64,000 bases of DNA, from positions 2,480,001 through 2,544,000 of the forward strand of contig CM102288.1 of NCBI GenBank assembly GCA_046563655.1, in the 5' to 3' direction. This DNA is from Yuukianura sp. NJ FZ-2021 (Eukaryota). Position 1 is the first letter of the stretch. Every line of letters begins with the position of its first letter. The notes below the pieces were generated by a model. It did no database searches. It saw nothing but the letters and a program-made list of their open reading frames with translations, and was not told the DNA's origin. This document shows positions 47,173 to 59,401 of the stretch, piece after piece. The translations under genes were made by a program, and so were the position numbers.

Positions 47173-48006
47173 TTCGAATTCAAATAAAAATCAACTTTTA
47201 GCTAAAAATGACCTATTAAAATGAAAAGTGAAGAGCAAACACTTTATTCCTGCTTCTGATACTGTCAAAAGTGTGTCAATTTTTCCATGTGCGAAACTAT
47301 TGAAAGTACTGTTAGGTAGTTCCTCCCGTTAGCTACGAACTCCACCAAAGTTGGCACTATCTAATCACTGTTGAAAATGTTATTTGCCAAAGTTTGTGCT
47401 GAAATTGCAAATATTGGACTTGGAACAACAACCATTTGCCCCCCTGAGTCATCATCATTAATTTCCTAAGTCCAAATTCCATTTGAAATGCTACGAACTT
47501 AACATTGACATGCCATAGGCATTTTTTACATCAATGGAGTCGCTAACCACAAGGCAAACTAGAACTACTTCCGTTCACCAAAGTTTGCAACATCTCGATT
47601 TTTTTAATTGTAACCTTAGAGAACTTACAGTTTAACTTTCAGCATTAACCCTGCTGGTAAATCTGAATATGAATTTCTCACTGTAACATTAATTTCTAAA
47701 CAATATTTTAAGGAAAACGGAACACTTTGAATTAAACAATTAACGTTAAGCACAACTCGGAAATGAAATTCAGAAATTTTTGTGATTAAAATGACTCAGA
47801 CTAAAAAAGACTCAGGGAATTGGAAAACTTTAAACTTTCAGTCCATTGGTTCAGAAATTCAAGAAATCAGGGAAAGAAAAGTGAAATGAGAAGTTCTGAA
47901 TGTCTGTTTACAAAAAGCTCCAAAGTGTTCCGTAAATTCAAATATTTATGTATGCAAATTATGCCGCCGTAACTTGAAGAAGGTCAAGGTCATAGTGTCC
48001 AGCAGG

Positions 48007-51000
48007 TCACCAACCAAACCAGTCAGAGTGATTCAACCTCGAACCGTTGTCACTGCTCTCATCGATGCTTGGTCTGCGGCTACTTCCTTCACCCTGAGCC
48101 CAGTCTCCTTCCAAAAATTCCAGTGGCGATGGTTCTTGCATGCTCAAATCCAAAAGATCAACTGCACGAGCATCAGCATCAACAAAACTACCAATGATTG
48201 GATCGTCTCGCCAAGGATTTAGAAGTGCTGGATTTTGAGTCACACGTAGATCCAAAGTTTCTCCAAACGTAGTACTGCGGGGTGCAGGCACAAGTTCGAG
48301 TGCACTTTGTAGTGGTGACACAGTCACTCGACGAGCTGTAACAAAAAACGAAGAAACAGAATGGTCAAAAATTCAACAAAATCTTGCCTCTTTCGAAAAT
48401 TGTTTTCAAAATGTATAATTTACTTGATTCAGTTTGATTTGGAATGAAGAAGGAGCCACGTCCAGTACTGGAACCATTCCGAGTAGTTTCTCTGGAATTG
48501 CATTGTGTGTCACTGCTTGAAGAGTCGTCGTCATCATTGATGTTGTTGCTCTCCTCTTCCGAACTGCTCAACAAGGCTCGTGCCTTTGTAACAGGCCACA
48601 TTGGCTTCTGGCAATCGCTGTCACTGTCACTGGAAGTATCATTCACTTCTATTGGCTTCTCTCCTTCGCTGGCTTCTGACTCCCATCGTGGCAAAACTCC
48701 ACGACTCGGCCCAGCAATTGTAGCTGACGACGAAGGAGCAACTCTGACCACGCCAGTACCACTGTTCTGCTGCTGCTTCTCTTCCATCAACTTTCGTAAA
48801 TCCAAAATCCCAATACCAGGCATCGTACTCGGCATTGCTGCGGCAGCGGCCGGGCCGCCTACTGATCCAGAAGAGTAAATGTTCCTCATTGGCATGGGTG
48901 CTGCAATGTTCAGCGGTCCAGTAGCAGCAGATGCAGTCGAGTTCCAGCGAGAACGTGACCATGTCGGAATATCAGGCGACGTCAACGGCTTACCTTTTCG
49001 TTTTCGCTTGCTAGAGTGGGGTATACCCCAGTCATCTGAACCATCTTCATCTGAGTCACTCGACGTCTCCTTGCGAAATCCAAACACATCTTGCGTTGTT
49101 AAGGGCCCATAGGACTCATATTTTGCAAGCTGCCTTCGCCTTCTTAGCTCGTGCTCCGGAACATCTTCCTCATCTTCCTCGTGCTTTCGACGACGCTTCC
49201 TCGCCATTTTCTCAGCACTTAAGCTTTTCTGCGGAGATCTGGAATTAACAAAGCAAAATTAAAGCAGTTTATTCGAGTTCAGAATCTGCAAATATCAAAC
49301 TTGCTAACTTACTTTTTTGGAACTTTCTTCCGTTTGAGCTTCATTTTGTTGTCAACAAGAGAATCCACGTAGATCTCATTTTCGCTGCTGCTCGAGTCAG
49401 AACTGGGACTCGTGTGACGAGCATGTCTTGTTGGAAGCAACCTAGAACTGAGCTTAATACGTTTTTCGTATTCCTCTTTTCGCTTTCTCGCTGCTTCAAA
49501 AATTTCTCGTTTTTCATATTCCTCTTTTGACTCTTTTCGCTTTCTCGCTGCTTCAAAAATTTCTCGTTTTTCATATTCCTCTTTTGACTCTTTTCGCTTT
49601 CTCGCTGCTTCAAAAATTTCTAGCACGCTAGAGTCATTGTCATTGTAATTCCTTCTTAAGTCTGCTGCAGCTTGTTCAGATTCAAAGATAACGTCATTTG
49701 ATTCACCTTCTACATCACCAATATTCACTGGAACAGAGGCTGAAGTTGTCGCTAGCGGTAATAAATCTGTGACCCAAGCAGTAGTTGATGATGATGTTCC
49801 TGCGCCAGTATTAGTCTCCAATTTCTCAACCTTGGATTTTGATTGTTTTGGTTTCTCTTCTTCCTCATCTGAAGACAAAGTAATCACTGCCAACGGAGGT
49901 GGTTTAACCACTGGATGAATTCCAAGCATCTCAATTTCATCGTCATCAGATTGGACGGTTGATGCCGCAGCAGTGGCTGCAGCCGAGGAACTTGATGGGC
50001 TAGCTTTAGTGAGTTTTATCAATGCTTCTGCCACTGCCACGACATTTGTGCTGTTAGAAGTGACTGCAGAGGTGTCAGACTCACAGCGATGTACAGCAGT
50101 GCTCCTTCGAGGAGTTCCATCTGGATTGACATTTGTGACTGGATCGGCATGACTACTCACACGACGAACACAGCGTGGATCTCCTGGACGACTACGTGGG
50201 TCTGCTGGTAATGGAACTACTTGTGGTTGTCCATAAATATACATCAATTGATTGCGAGTTCTGGCAGAAGTACTGCTGTATCGTTCAGGTCTTGGCATGA
50301 GTCGTTCATCATAAGTGGGATATCCCGTTTCAACAGGGCAACGCGGACGTTCCAAGTCGTTCCTAGTGGCAGTGGTTGGTGGGATTTCAAAATCATCAAT
50401 AACAGTTGTAGTTGTGGGCCTGAAGTAAATCGTTAAAAAATAACATTAATTTATACTTAATACTCCAAAAACTTCATTATGAAGTCACTTACGCGTATCT
50501 ATGTCCATCCATGGGCTGCTGCGGCGGTGCGGGCGGGTAGTAGCTAAGTCTGGCCGATCTCCTTGAAGGACTCGTTTGACTTTGGCCGGGTCTGAATCGA
50601 TGAAGCGATGCAAGTGCAGCAGCGAAGTCTTGATTGGGGCGTAGAACAGGCTCAAATTCAAATGTAGATGGAGCAGAAGGTGGAGCATTAGTATGAGCAG
50701 CAGGAGGCTGTCGGGCTGGAAGTGTAACCCAGGGAGATCGTCTCCAACTGGCGGTCGACGACGGAGCAAAGTCGCTTCGGTTTGGGTGAATAGCTTCTAA
50801 AATAGGTCTGGGTGTTATGTCACTCGCTCGATCAGTTGTATTGCGGAATGGGTTGCTGGGATGAGCAGAACGTCGACAGGACGGGATCGGTGGACTTGTT
50901 GGCAACATAGTTGGACTCTGAGGTACTAGACGATCTGCTCGTGCAGCAGCAATTCTTGTGACAATGTCAGACTCTGGTGGAACTGAATGTCCCGGAAAGA

Positions 51001-52761
51001 GGCTCAGATTTCGTTGGATTTGGCGAGCTGAGAATTTCAAAATACGTTGTAAACAAATAAACTTAAAACTTGTAGTATGTTTTTACGTTGCTATGGAGAC
51101 ACTTACCTTCAGCAGCATTGTTCGGAGCTACTTCAGCGCTTGGCCAGTTTAATGTCTCAATGCTGCCATCCGATTCAGATTCGGTATCTGAAGACGAGTC
51201 AATCGTTACTACCAGTGGAGATTGTGGAGCAACTGGTCTTCCGTCTGTTCCTGTTCCATTAGTATTGGCGGTAGAAGAAGGGCAAGTAAAAGCTGTAGCA
51301 GTGCTTCGCGCATGTCTACTAGGAAATGTGGCACTGGTGAGAGTTGAAACAGCGGAGGGATTGCTTGGTGAAGGCGCTGTGTAGTGTGCCACTCGATCAT
51401 ATTCCTCCATTAGCATCCCCGAAATTAGGAAGTGGTAGAATTCATGCTGGAAGTGACGAGTTCGAACACCAAAGTGTGAACTGATCGTTTCACGAAAATC
51501 TCGAGATCGGATGTCATACCGTGACAGAATGCTGAGAATAAGGTCATAGACATATCCCATCTAAAGATAGAAAGAAAAGTATAAAGTTATCCAGTTTTAA
51601 GTTCATTTTTAAGCGTTTTTCAATTAGATTTTTCAAAAAATACCTCATTTCGTGAACGCTGAATTCCCATCAGAACCATGATTTCTCGATAAAGCCAAGC
51701 TGAGACGCGAGAGAGTGCAGAAGGATGTGTTTGGAAGTATTCTACCGAAGGGAAGAAAACAGTACCAGCAGGTAGTGTAGCCGCGAATGGCTGAACGAAT
51801 TGAAAGCGATCGTAAATCCTCTTGCGATTCTGATACCCTCGAAGTGAAGTATCAGTTTCAAGTCTGGTAGCATTGTCATCGACTGATCCAAATAATTCGC
51901 TGCTTTCACACAAAAAATAAAGACAACACGTCAAACACAACAGTTTTAAGCTTTTCCATCGAAAAAAAAAAAAAAGACTGATCTGTAATTGCAAACTTAC
52001 GGTTCATCAGTATAAAAAGGATTGTCCAAAACAGCTCTGGAAGTGGGTCTGCTACTGTAGTTAACGAAGTCTATAGCTCTCGGCTCAGTAAATGGTCCCA
52101 TTTCCAAAATTCGAATGTAACTGTTATTTTGATGCTGACGACGCTCTCGCTCGCGTTCTCGAACCAGTCTTTGAAAAGAGTATCCATGGTCATGAAATGG
52201 AGACGAAGAATGAGCCAGAAGCGCATGTGCTGGTAACGGTTCATCAAATCTGAAGGTGGGAAGTTGAGCTCGGAATCCTTCCGTAGTCAGTCGGATGGAC
52301 AAATGTGGAACGATATTTGTCGGTGGTGGAATGATATACTCGTCGTAATCATCATTGTTGCGAATATTGTGATAAATACTTTGGAAGTTGCTCTTGCATA
52401 GTGGGCACTCGGCCTTGATCTTTGACCATTCCAACAAACATCCAAAGCAAAATTGATGTATACATGAATTTGTATAACATCTATTGGAGAGGTTTTCCAA
52501 GCATATGGCACATTTAGCTGGAGATGATGCTGGTTCCGGACGTGGTGGGTTGTTGGCAGCAGCCGTCGAAGTGGATGCAGATCCTGAACCTGCTGCTGTT
52601 CCCGAAGTTGATGGACGATCATTTCCTGCAGATAAGTCTTCAGTAGATGTATTGGCAGTGGATGAAGTCGCCGCAGCGGCTGCTGCAGCTGATCGAGTCA
52701 TCATTTTGTTCGGATTGCTCTTCGGATTTGGATATTTGTCTGATACTACCACTCGCGGCAT
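48007..52761 (-). CDS. Topors: Topors-like RING-finger E3 ubiquitin/SUMO ligase
   Basis: C3HC4 RING (CAICLE..CIHQFCFGCLLEWSKIKAECPLCK..IYHNIR..DYDEY), conserved RVSAWLYRE and TRHFQHEFYHF..MEEYDR blocks, SIM-like motifs (VVTIDSSSD, VITLSSDEEE). Exons 52001-52845 (start 52761 or 52704), 51644-51899, 51107-51560, 50493-51027, 49313-50419, 48424-49238, 48007-48335. Confidence 0.87.
49459..49620 (-). repeat. Coding tandem repeat, 57-bp unit twice plus one 48-bp variant
   Basis: EIFEAARKRKESKEEYEKR twice, then EIFEAARKRKEEYEKR; near-identical at DNA level. Confidence 0.92.
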
Positions 52762-52941
52762 CGCAAACAGCTTATCTCTTACGACATTCACAACAAGGTT
52801 CCGTCAGTCTTCGGCCACGAATTAAAATCCCGTTCTGCCTATACCCTGTGGATATTACAACAAAAAATTCAGTTAATACATCGACACTCACAGTGTTCCA
52901 GTTCACTACGAACATAAATACTCGTGGTCACGACTTGTGAG

Positions 52942-53857
52942 CATACCTGTTCCTCGCCCATTTCCCTTATCTCACTTCTTAATTAAGAAGTATGGAGGAA
53001 ATGTTGCAAAACACCACCACGTACCCAAGCCCTATATTTTAATTCAGTTCACATTCTTTTAACATTAATTAATTATTATTACATTATTTGGATGTTTATA
53101 TTAATAAATGAACAAAAAATTATAAAAGCAGTAAAATATATATTAAAAAAAAACTATTTCGTTGGAAATCGTTTGGAGCCTTTACAGATGATTGAATAAT
53201 TTCTTATGACAAAACAACACTGGCAAAACCTAACACACATCTTTTAAACGTTTTGCAGTTTACAAAATACGATAGTTCTAATTTATTATGTACATTATTT
53301 CTAATTAAGTTGTTAATACATTAAATAAATATGAAGTAAAGGGAAACTGGAATATACAGTTGTGGTATAGTTAGAGTATAAATGAAAATGGTGAGGCGAC
53401 AGATCTTACAATTACAAATCTTACAGTTACAAAACAGACCTGAAAAATATATTCAACCTAAAACCTAAACAGAAAATAATAAATATAAATATTTTTTACA
53501 TCTCTGATTGTGTAAGATTTGTAACTGTAAGATTTGTAATTTTAAAAACGTTTAATAGATGTGTATTAGGTTTTGCCAGTGTTGTTTTGTCATAAGAAAT
53601 TATTCAATCATCTGTAAAGGCTCCAAACGATTTCCAACGGAATAGTTTTTTTTTAATATATATTTTACTGCTTTTATAATTTTTTGTTCATTTATTAATA
53701 TAAACATCCAAATAATGTAATAATAATTAATTAATGTTAAAAGAATGTGAGCTGTATTAAAATATAGGGCTTGGGTACGTTGTGGTGTTTTGCAACATTT
53801 CCTCCATACTTCTTATATAAGAAGTGAGATAAGGGAAATGGGCGAGAAACAGGTATG
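52942..53857. mobile_element. Foldback non-autonomous DNA transposon, 916 bp, P/Galileo-like
   Basis: Termini CATACCTGTT(C/T)CTCGCCCATTTCCCTTATCTC. Near-perfect inverted arms of about 310 bp plus an inner inverted pair (TTACAAATCTTACAGTTACAAA). 8-bp TSD CTTGTGAG (52934-52941, 53858-53865). Confidence 0.93.
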
Positions 53858-56800
53858 CTTGTGAGAGCTGTGAAAAAAGAACATACTAACTATAGCTACG
53901 GTCTTCATATGCTTAAAACATTATGCAGTACTTTATAATTTATAGCTGATCAATTCAGCCTAATGTTCACTAATCAATAACTTATTATTCTTGTTATTAT
54001 CCTTACCGTGCAAAGGGCCACGGCAGGATCACGGTCAAGTCCTCCAAACTTTTCCCCCAATTAGTCTCCCTCTTGCTGAATTCTGAGAGTGATCCTTCCC
54101 TTCAAATAAGTATTCAATTCGTTAAGACTTGTTAGCAAAAACAAGTTAGGTACAGGTTATGGGGTGTACAGAATGGCGAAGGGTATGCTTTCAAGTTTCA
54201 AGCTTTATACTACTACAGTTCTGATGCAAGCAATACAACCGTTGTACTGAGCAAAAAGCACTGCTTTTTGTTCGAAAAATGAGCAAAGTGCTGGTTAGTT
54301 GATAGAGATTTAATAAAAAAGGTTATGTTCAGTTTAAGTTTTAGAGGATTTGATTTATTAATGGATGATATGAATAATGAATGAATTGGATCAATTACCA
54401 ACAATGATACTAAGATCTAGGTCCCACCCAGTTCTCCAGTTCCAATCAATCAGTCATTCTTATTTCCAAAATGGAGATGAAAGGCGAGTGACGGATGACA
54501 AGAAAATGACCTCCTTGACCTCTGACTCAGGCTACCACAAATGTCTAAAATTGGATTGACAATATTTTATGAGCTCGGTTCCAGTTTACCGTATTCAACG
54601 ACGATTAAATTGGGGTGCGGTTCGGTAATATCTAATTTAATTCAGATTCTCTTTAACTTTCCTAGAAACAAACCTGTACAAGGTCGACCTAATCGAGAGT
54701 AAGGTCAAATGCTACTCAAAATATTCAAATTAAAATGCAAATTGAAACTAGTATGTAACATGCTAGTTAGAAAACTTTTTTTCCCGCAATTTTAATAGCA
54801 ACTTAAAAACACAAATTATTTTTTCATTACTTCTGGCTAAAGTGAATACATAGCAATATTACTTTTAGACTTAGCTTAGATAGTGTCACTGTCGGTCAAT
54901 TTTAATTAGTACAAGTAAGAACATCATAAATTACCGTTCCATAGCCAAACTCGATTCTTTGCCGCACCACATCGAAATGTAATTCCTCACCCCTATGCTT
55001 CTGTTTATATTTGACATTAAATTTTAAACCCTTGCGCTTAAATTCCTATTTAAAGTTCACCATAATTCCCGCCAGAGGGACACCCACGCCCAGACGTTAT
55101 GCAAATTGAAATTAGATAGATTTTTCAACAATTGAATCATTCAATTACTGTTGAATCTATTCAATTTGCGATTCATTTGAATCGCCAACTTTTGCAAAAA
55201 TAAGTTCGTCTTTCCCCTAAAACTCGAAACCTTTTGAACAAAAATCTGCCAGTTTTTAACAAACCCACTTGACCCCATTTGACCTTTACGAGGCCATATG
55301 GAAAATGTAATGTAAAGTGATGTTGTTGTTGAAAGATGAAAACTACCAGAATTACGCATGACGTAATGAACAATACGTCCTTTGTGTGCGTGTCAACATG
55401 GATCTCATTAGGATGTTGATTGTTGATGATGATGACCAACCTGTCGACTAAAAGTGACATTGACAGTGGCCAAAGAACCCCATGTCACCTTGTCTTTTTC
55501 AGTGGAATCCAGAATACTGATGAAGGATATGATGACATTCTGTTTTGGTCTTATGACGCCATTTCTGCTAAATTTAACAATTGGGAATTGTAAATTGCAA
55601 ATTTCGGATTCACCCAAGTCATGAATTCCTGCACACCCGAATTCGTGTCATGCGTTTTATTTTGAAGTGACAGAAACATGCAAAGCCAAATTCAATTTAT
55701 TGTTAACTTTTGGCAGGAGAGTAATTAATTGACCTTGGCAATTTTAATTGTGTAGTCATTTGGCTTTTAGCAAAAAGACATAAATTACAGGTAACATCGC
55801 TTAGTTATTCCTCCGAAAGTTGACAATTCATATTTCCCTAGAGAATTTTTAGGGCTGACCACTGCCATAATATTTTAAGTGTTTGGAAATTAGAAAGCGT
55901 TTAGTGTCCACAGATCATCGTCGTAATTTCATCACATTCACAACGCTTTCGCAATTTGCCAATTTTTCACATGTACAAAAAAAAAATTCGCCATTTTAGA
56001 AACTAGTGCTTATGTTCAGAAGAAGCGACAAGGAACAAAGCAACAAGCAGTCACGTGAAACTGGAACTAATTTACAATTAACATCAAAAATTTACGCTTG
56101 AACAGTTCACAAAATTTCCAAAGCAATGGAATGCTCCTCCAGCATTATCCAGTCTATCAAGACCAAAGGTAGCTAAAAACTTACACAAATTAATTACATT
56201 TAGAGATTTAACTATGTAATTAAATAATTTAACTCCAAAAACGTAACTAATATTGCGTAATCCAAACTAAGTGGATGATTAATGCTGTGACCATAATAGA
56301 CCTTATCTTGTACCAACATTGACTCTGATGTTCAAGTACTATTAGGAAAGTTTTAGAGATGACGAGGACATAGAGATTGAAGCTTAAAGTTTGTTGACTT
56401 ACTGGGGAAAATGTTAAGTTTAAAACTAATTTAGACCATTTTCCTAATGATACTCTTCACAACCTCCCCCCAAGATAAACAAATCCCGTTTCCAGAAATA
56501 CTTGTGACTAATACTTGGCAAGTATTACCAGGATTTTAGGATTCTAAGTAAGTAAAGCTTAGAATTGGAGTTGGAAGTTGCATTATCCTTCAAAGTTAGT
56601 ATTTTTAATCCCAAATAAGTCAATTTATCCTACCTTATAAACCTCCCAACACAGTGCACAAGTGGCACTTCAATACTAAGGAGGACACCATACCACTTCA
56701 CTTTTAGCTTACAATTAGTATTTTCATTGGCAATTTCTTGTGAATTGTTAATTGCTAGTCTAGAACTGTTCAAGTAAAACAGTGTGGAAGATCGCGGATT

Positions 56801-59401
56801 TTGAAAAGTTATATAATTTGAATTCTGAGTTTCAAAAAAGTTAATTTCAGCGTCCTTTCAAAGTTAATTTCTAAAAGGAAGAGTTGAAACGGTGCTAATT
56901 TTTGTAGTGTCACAAGGAAATAAATCAAAGGAACTGATCATGGAGTTGGCCAATGGAGAACTATCGGTCGTTCCCATTAGGATTGTCACAAACAGGTAAA
57001 AACGTTTTAACTTTTAACATTTCAACACTAATTTAGTTCCAATTAATTAGTAATATAGATACGTTGAGTTTAACTTAGGGTTATTCATCAAAGGTCAAAG
57101 GTCAATCACTGTCATACGTAAACTCCGAATGGAATTTCACGCGTTTTTAAAGCGGTTTTAAAAGTTGCTTTTTAACGCCAAACCAAATTTTTCACAGCTT
57201 CCGATTTTATCATTTTAAATTAGTTCGCTTGGTTTCTTTGAAAATTTTCTAGAACGGCGGTTTACGTCTGGAATTTTCATTAGAATTCAATGACCTTAGG
57301 GCTCAAGCAAAAGATGACAGGTTATGGAAATTGTGTAGTTTGAAGTTGACCTCTGACCTCTTCCAGCTTATCTTAGACATGACACTTTGACTCAAAAGGA
57401 ACGAAGTGTGTGCGTAGTTTTATGGAAATTGAACAAGAGATGAAACCATGGACGCATGAAACTATCACGTTCTAACGTCAACACTTCCATCTTTCCTTGA
57501 ATTTCTTGCATTAATTACCTTGTGTATGATTTGCAAAAGTGGAGATTTGGAAAAACGCTATAAGTAATTAATAAATCAGAAGAGTCTAGAGTGTCCTTAT
57601 AGCATCACGAATTCATTAATTCACGGAAGCGTCTTTTCAGTACTATCGTATTTTAAGTGCCTTGGAATCCCAACTAGGTCACGGAGTTAGTACTAGCCAG
57701 AGCTAAAACTTTTTATTAGTCTTTAGTTGCAAATTTGATTCAACAAAGCCAACTTTTATAATCCTCGAGTCTAGTTTTAAATTGGAGGTGATTTTTGCAA
57801 ATTAGACGTTAGCTAATTACTGTCAGCAAAATTTTAGCAAGGAATTTAGTAATTGTAAACGATTCAGGAAGGAATGGCATCAAAAAAGTGTAGCAAGTTC
57901 CGGGCTATGAAATCGGGACCTTCGAGAATGGCAAGGTGAGAGACTAATACAAAGCAATCCATTCATGTGCAAATTTTTTGCAACGATTTGCAATTTCCTG
58001 AGGGAGGACATAGAACTGATGATAATAATTTGAGAAGAGGTGTAGACGCCCTTAGTCTTTACAGTTCAATTTTTAGTAGTATCTGAGTTTGCAAAAAATT
58101 TGCACATTATTTGCACTGTAATTAAATGAAACTACGGTGCATTTCATTGAACATTGGGAATCAATTTGCAATTTGCAAAAAATCAAAACATGCAATAGAC
58201 ATATTTTGGTAGTACTTGAGGGAGGAGTGGAAGGATTATGTTCAAGGTGCTTGTTTGCAAATTCGCAAACTTTTTGCAAATTGAAATTTTTGCACCTTTA
58301 GTTTTAGACTTTGAGTTACCGAAAGCGTGAGTTGGTAAAGTTGCAAGTGATAAGTGGATGATTGATCGAAGACGCTTAAAGGCTTGTCTGCGGTTTGCCA
58401 ATTTTAGAACTCTAAGCTCTTAAGCCTAGAATTATTCGCAAGGTCATTTTTAAGCCTTATCGCGAAAATTCGCCAATTTGCAAAAAAATACACCACGAAG
58501 CTTCACTGATTTGTGAGTATTAATGGATTTGTGTTTTTTATTTACGCAGGAAAATTTCACCGGGACTTGCTGAACCGCCTGGAAGGTAAGAAAGTTACGG
58601 ACTGAATGACTCATAATTCTTTTATTTGGGTTTTAATTGATTAACTAATTAAATAGTTAATCTTATGTTTAGTCTTGACCTCAATTAACTCAAATTAAAG
58701 TGGGGAATAACATGGTTTTGGCCAGTCTTAACTAAATCCCTAGGCTAGGCTTCGGATATTGTGGCGTAACAATTTTGATTTGTATTTTTACACCACATTT
58801 TCTTAAACTTTTGGCTAGACATGTTTTTACAAACAGTGAAAGCTTAGCTATTAATTATTTTGCAAAGTAATTAACAATTTAGAAAGTTCAATACTCAAAA
58901 AATGGATAAGTTCGATCAATTTTTGGAAAAATTAAAAATTTCTGGAGCAGGAAGAGGAAGACGCTAGTAAGGAATTTCAATATTTTCATTTCATTTTTCT
59001 CATTCTCATTTTTTTAATTTGAAACTTTAGCTTCACATTCGTTGTATGTGTTAAAACAATTGATAATAGTTGTATTAAATTACATGAATTGAATTCAGTT
59101 GTGCTAATTAATTTAATTGTAATTAAAACTTAAGTTTTAACTAGAAATTAAATTAAAGTTGGGGAGGGAGTTACTAAAACGCAGATTTTCTCACATTTCT
59201 GATTTTTGTTCTCTCAGCCCGGGAACGTACCGAAGGAAGAGTTCAAGTTCTGAGATTCCAAAATTTGGTCACCATCAAAATAATAATAACAGTTTCAGCG
59301 GCAGTGACGGAAGCAGCAGGTCACAGGTCACTCCAGCTCCTCGCAAGACTTCGGCAGTTCGACGGGTCAGTTTGTCATTTGCAGAACTTCTAAGTCCAAA
59401 G

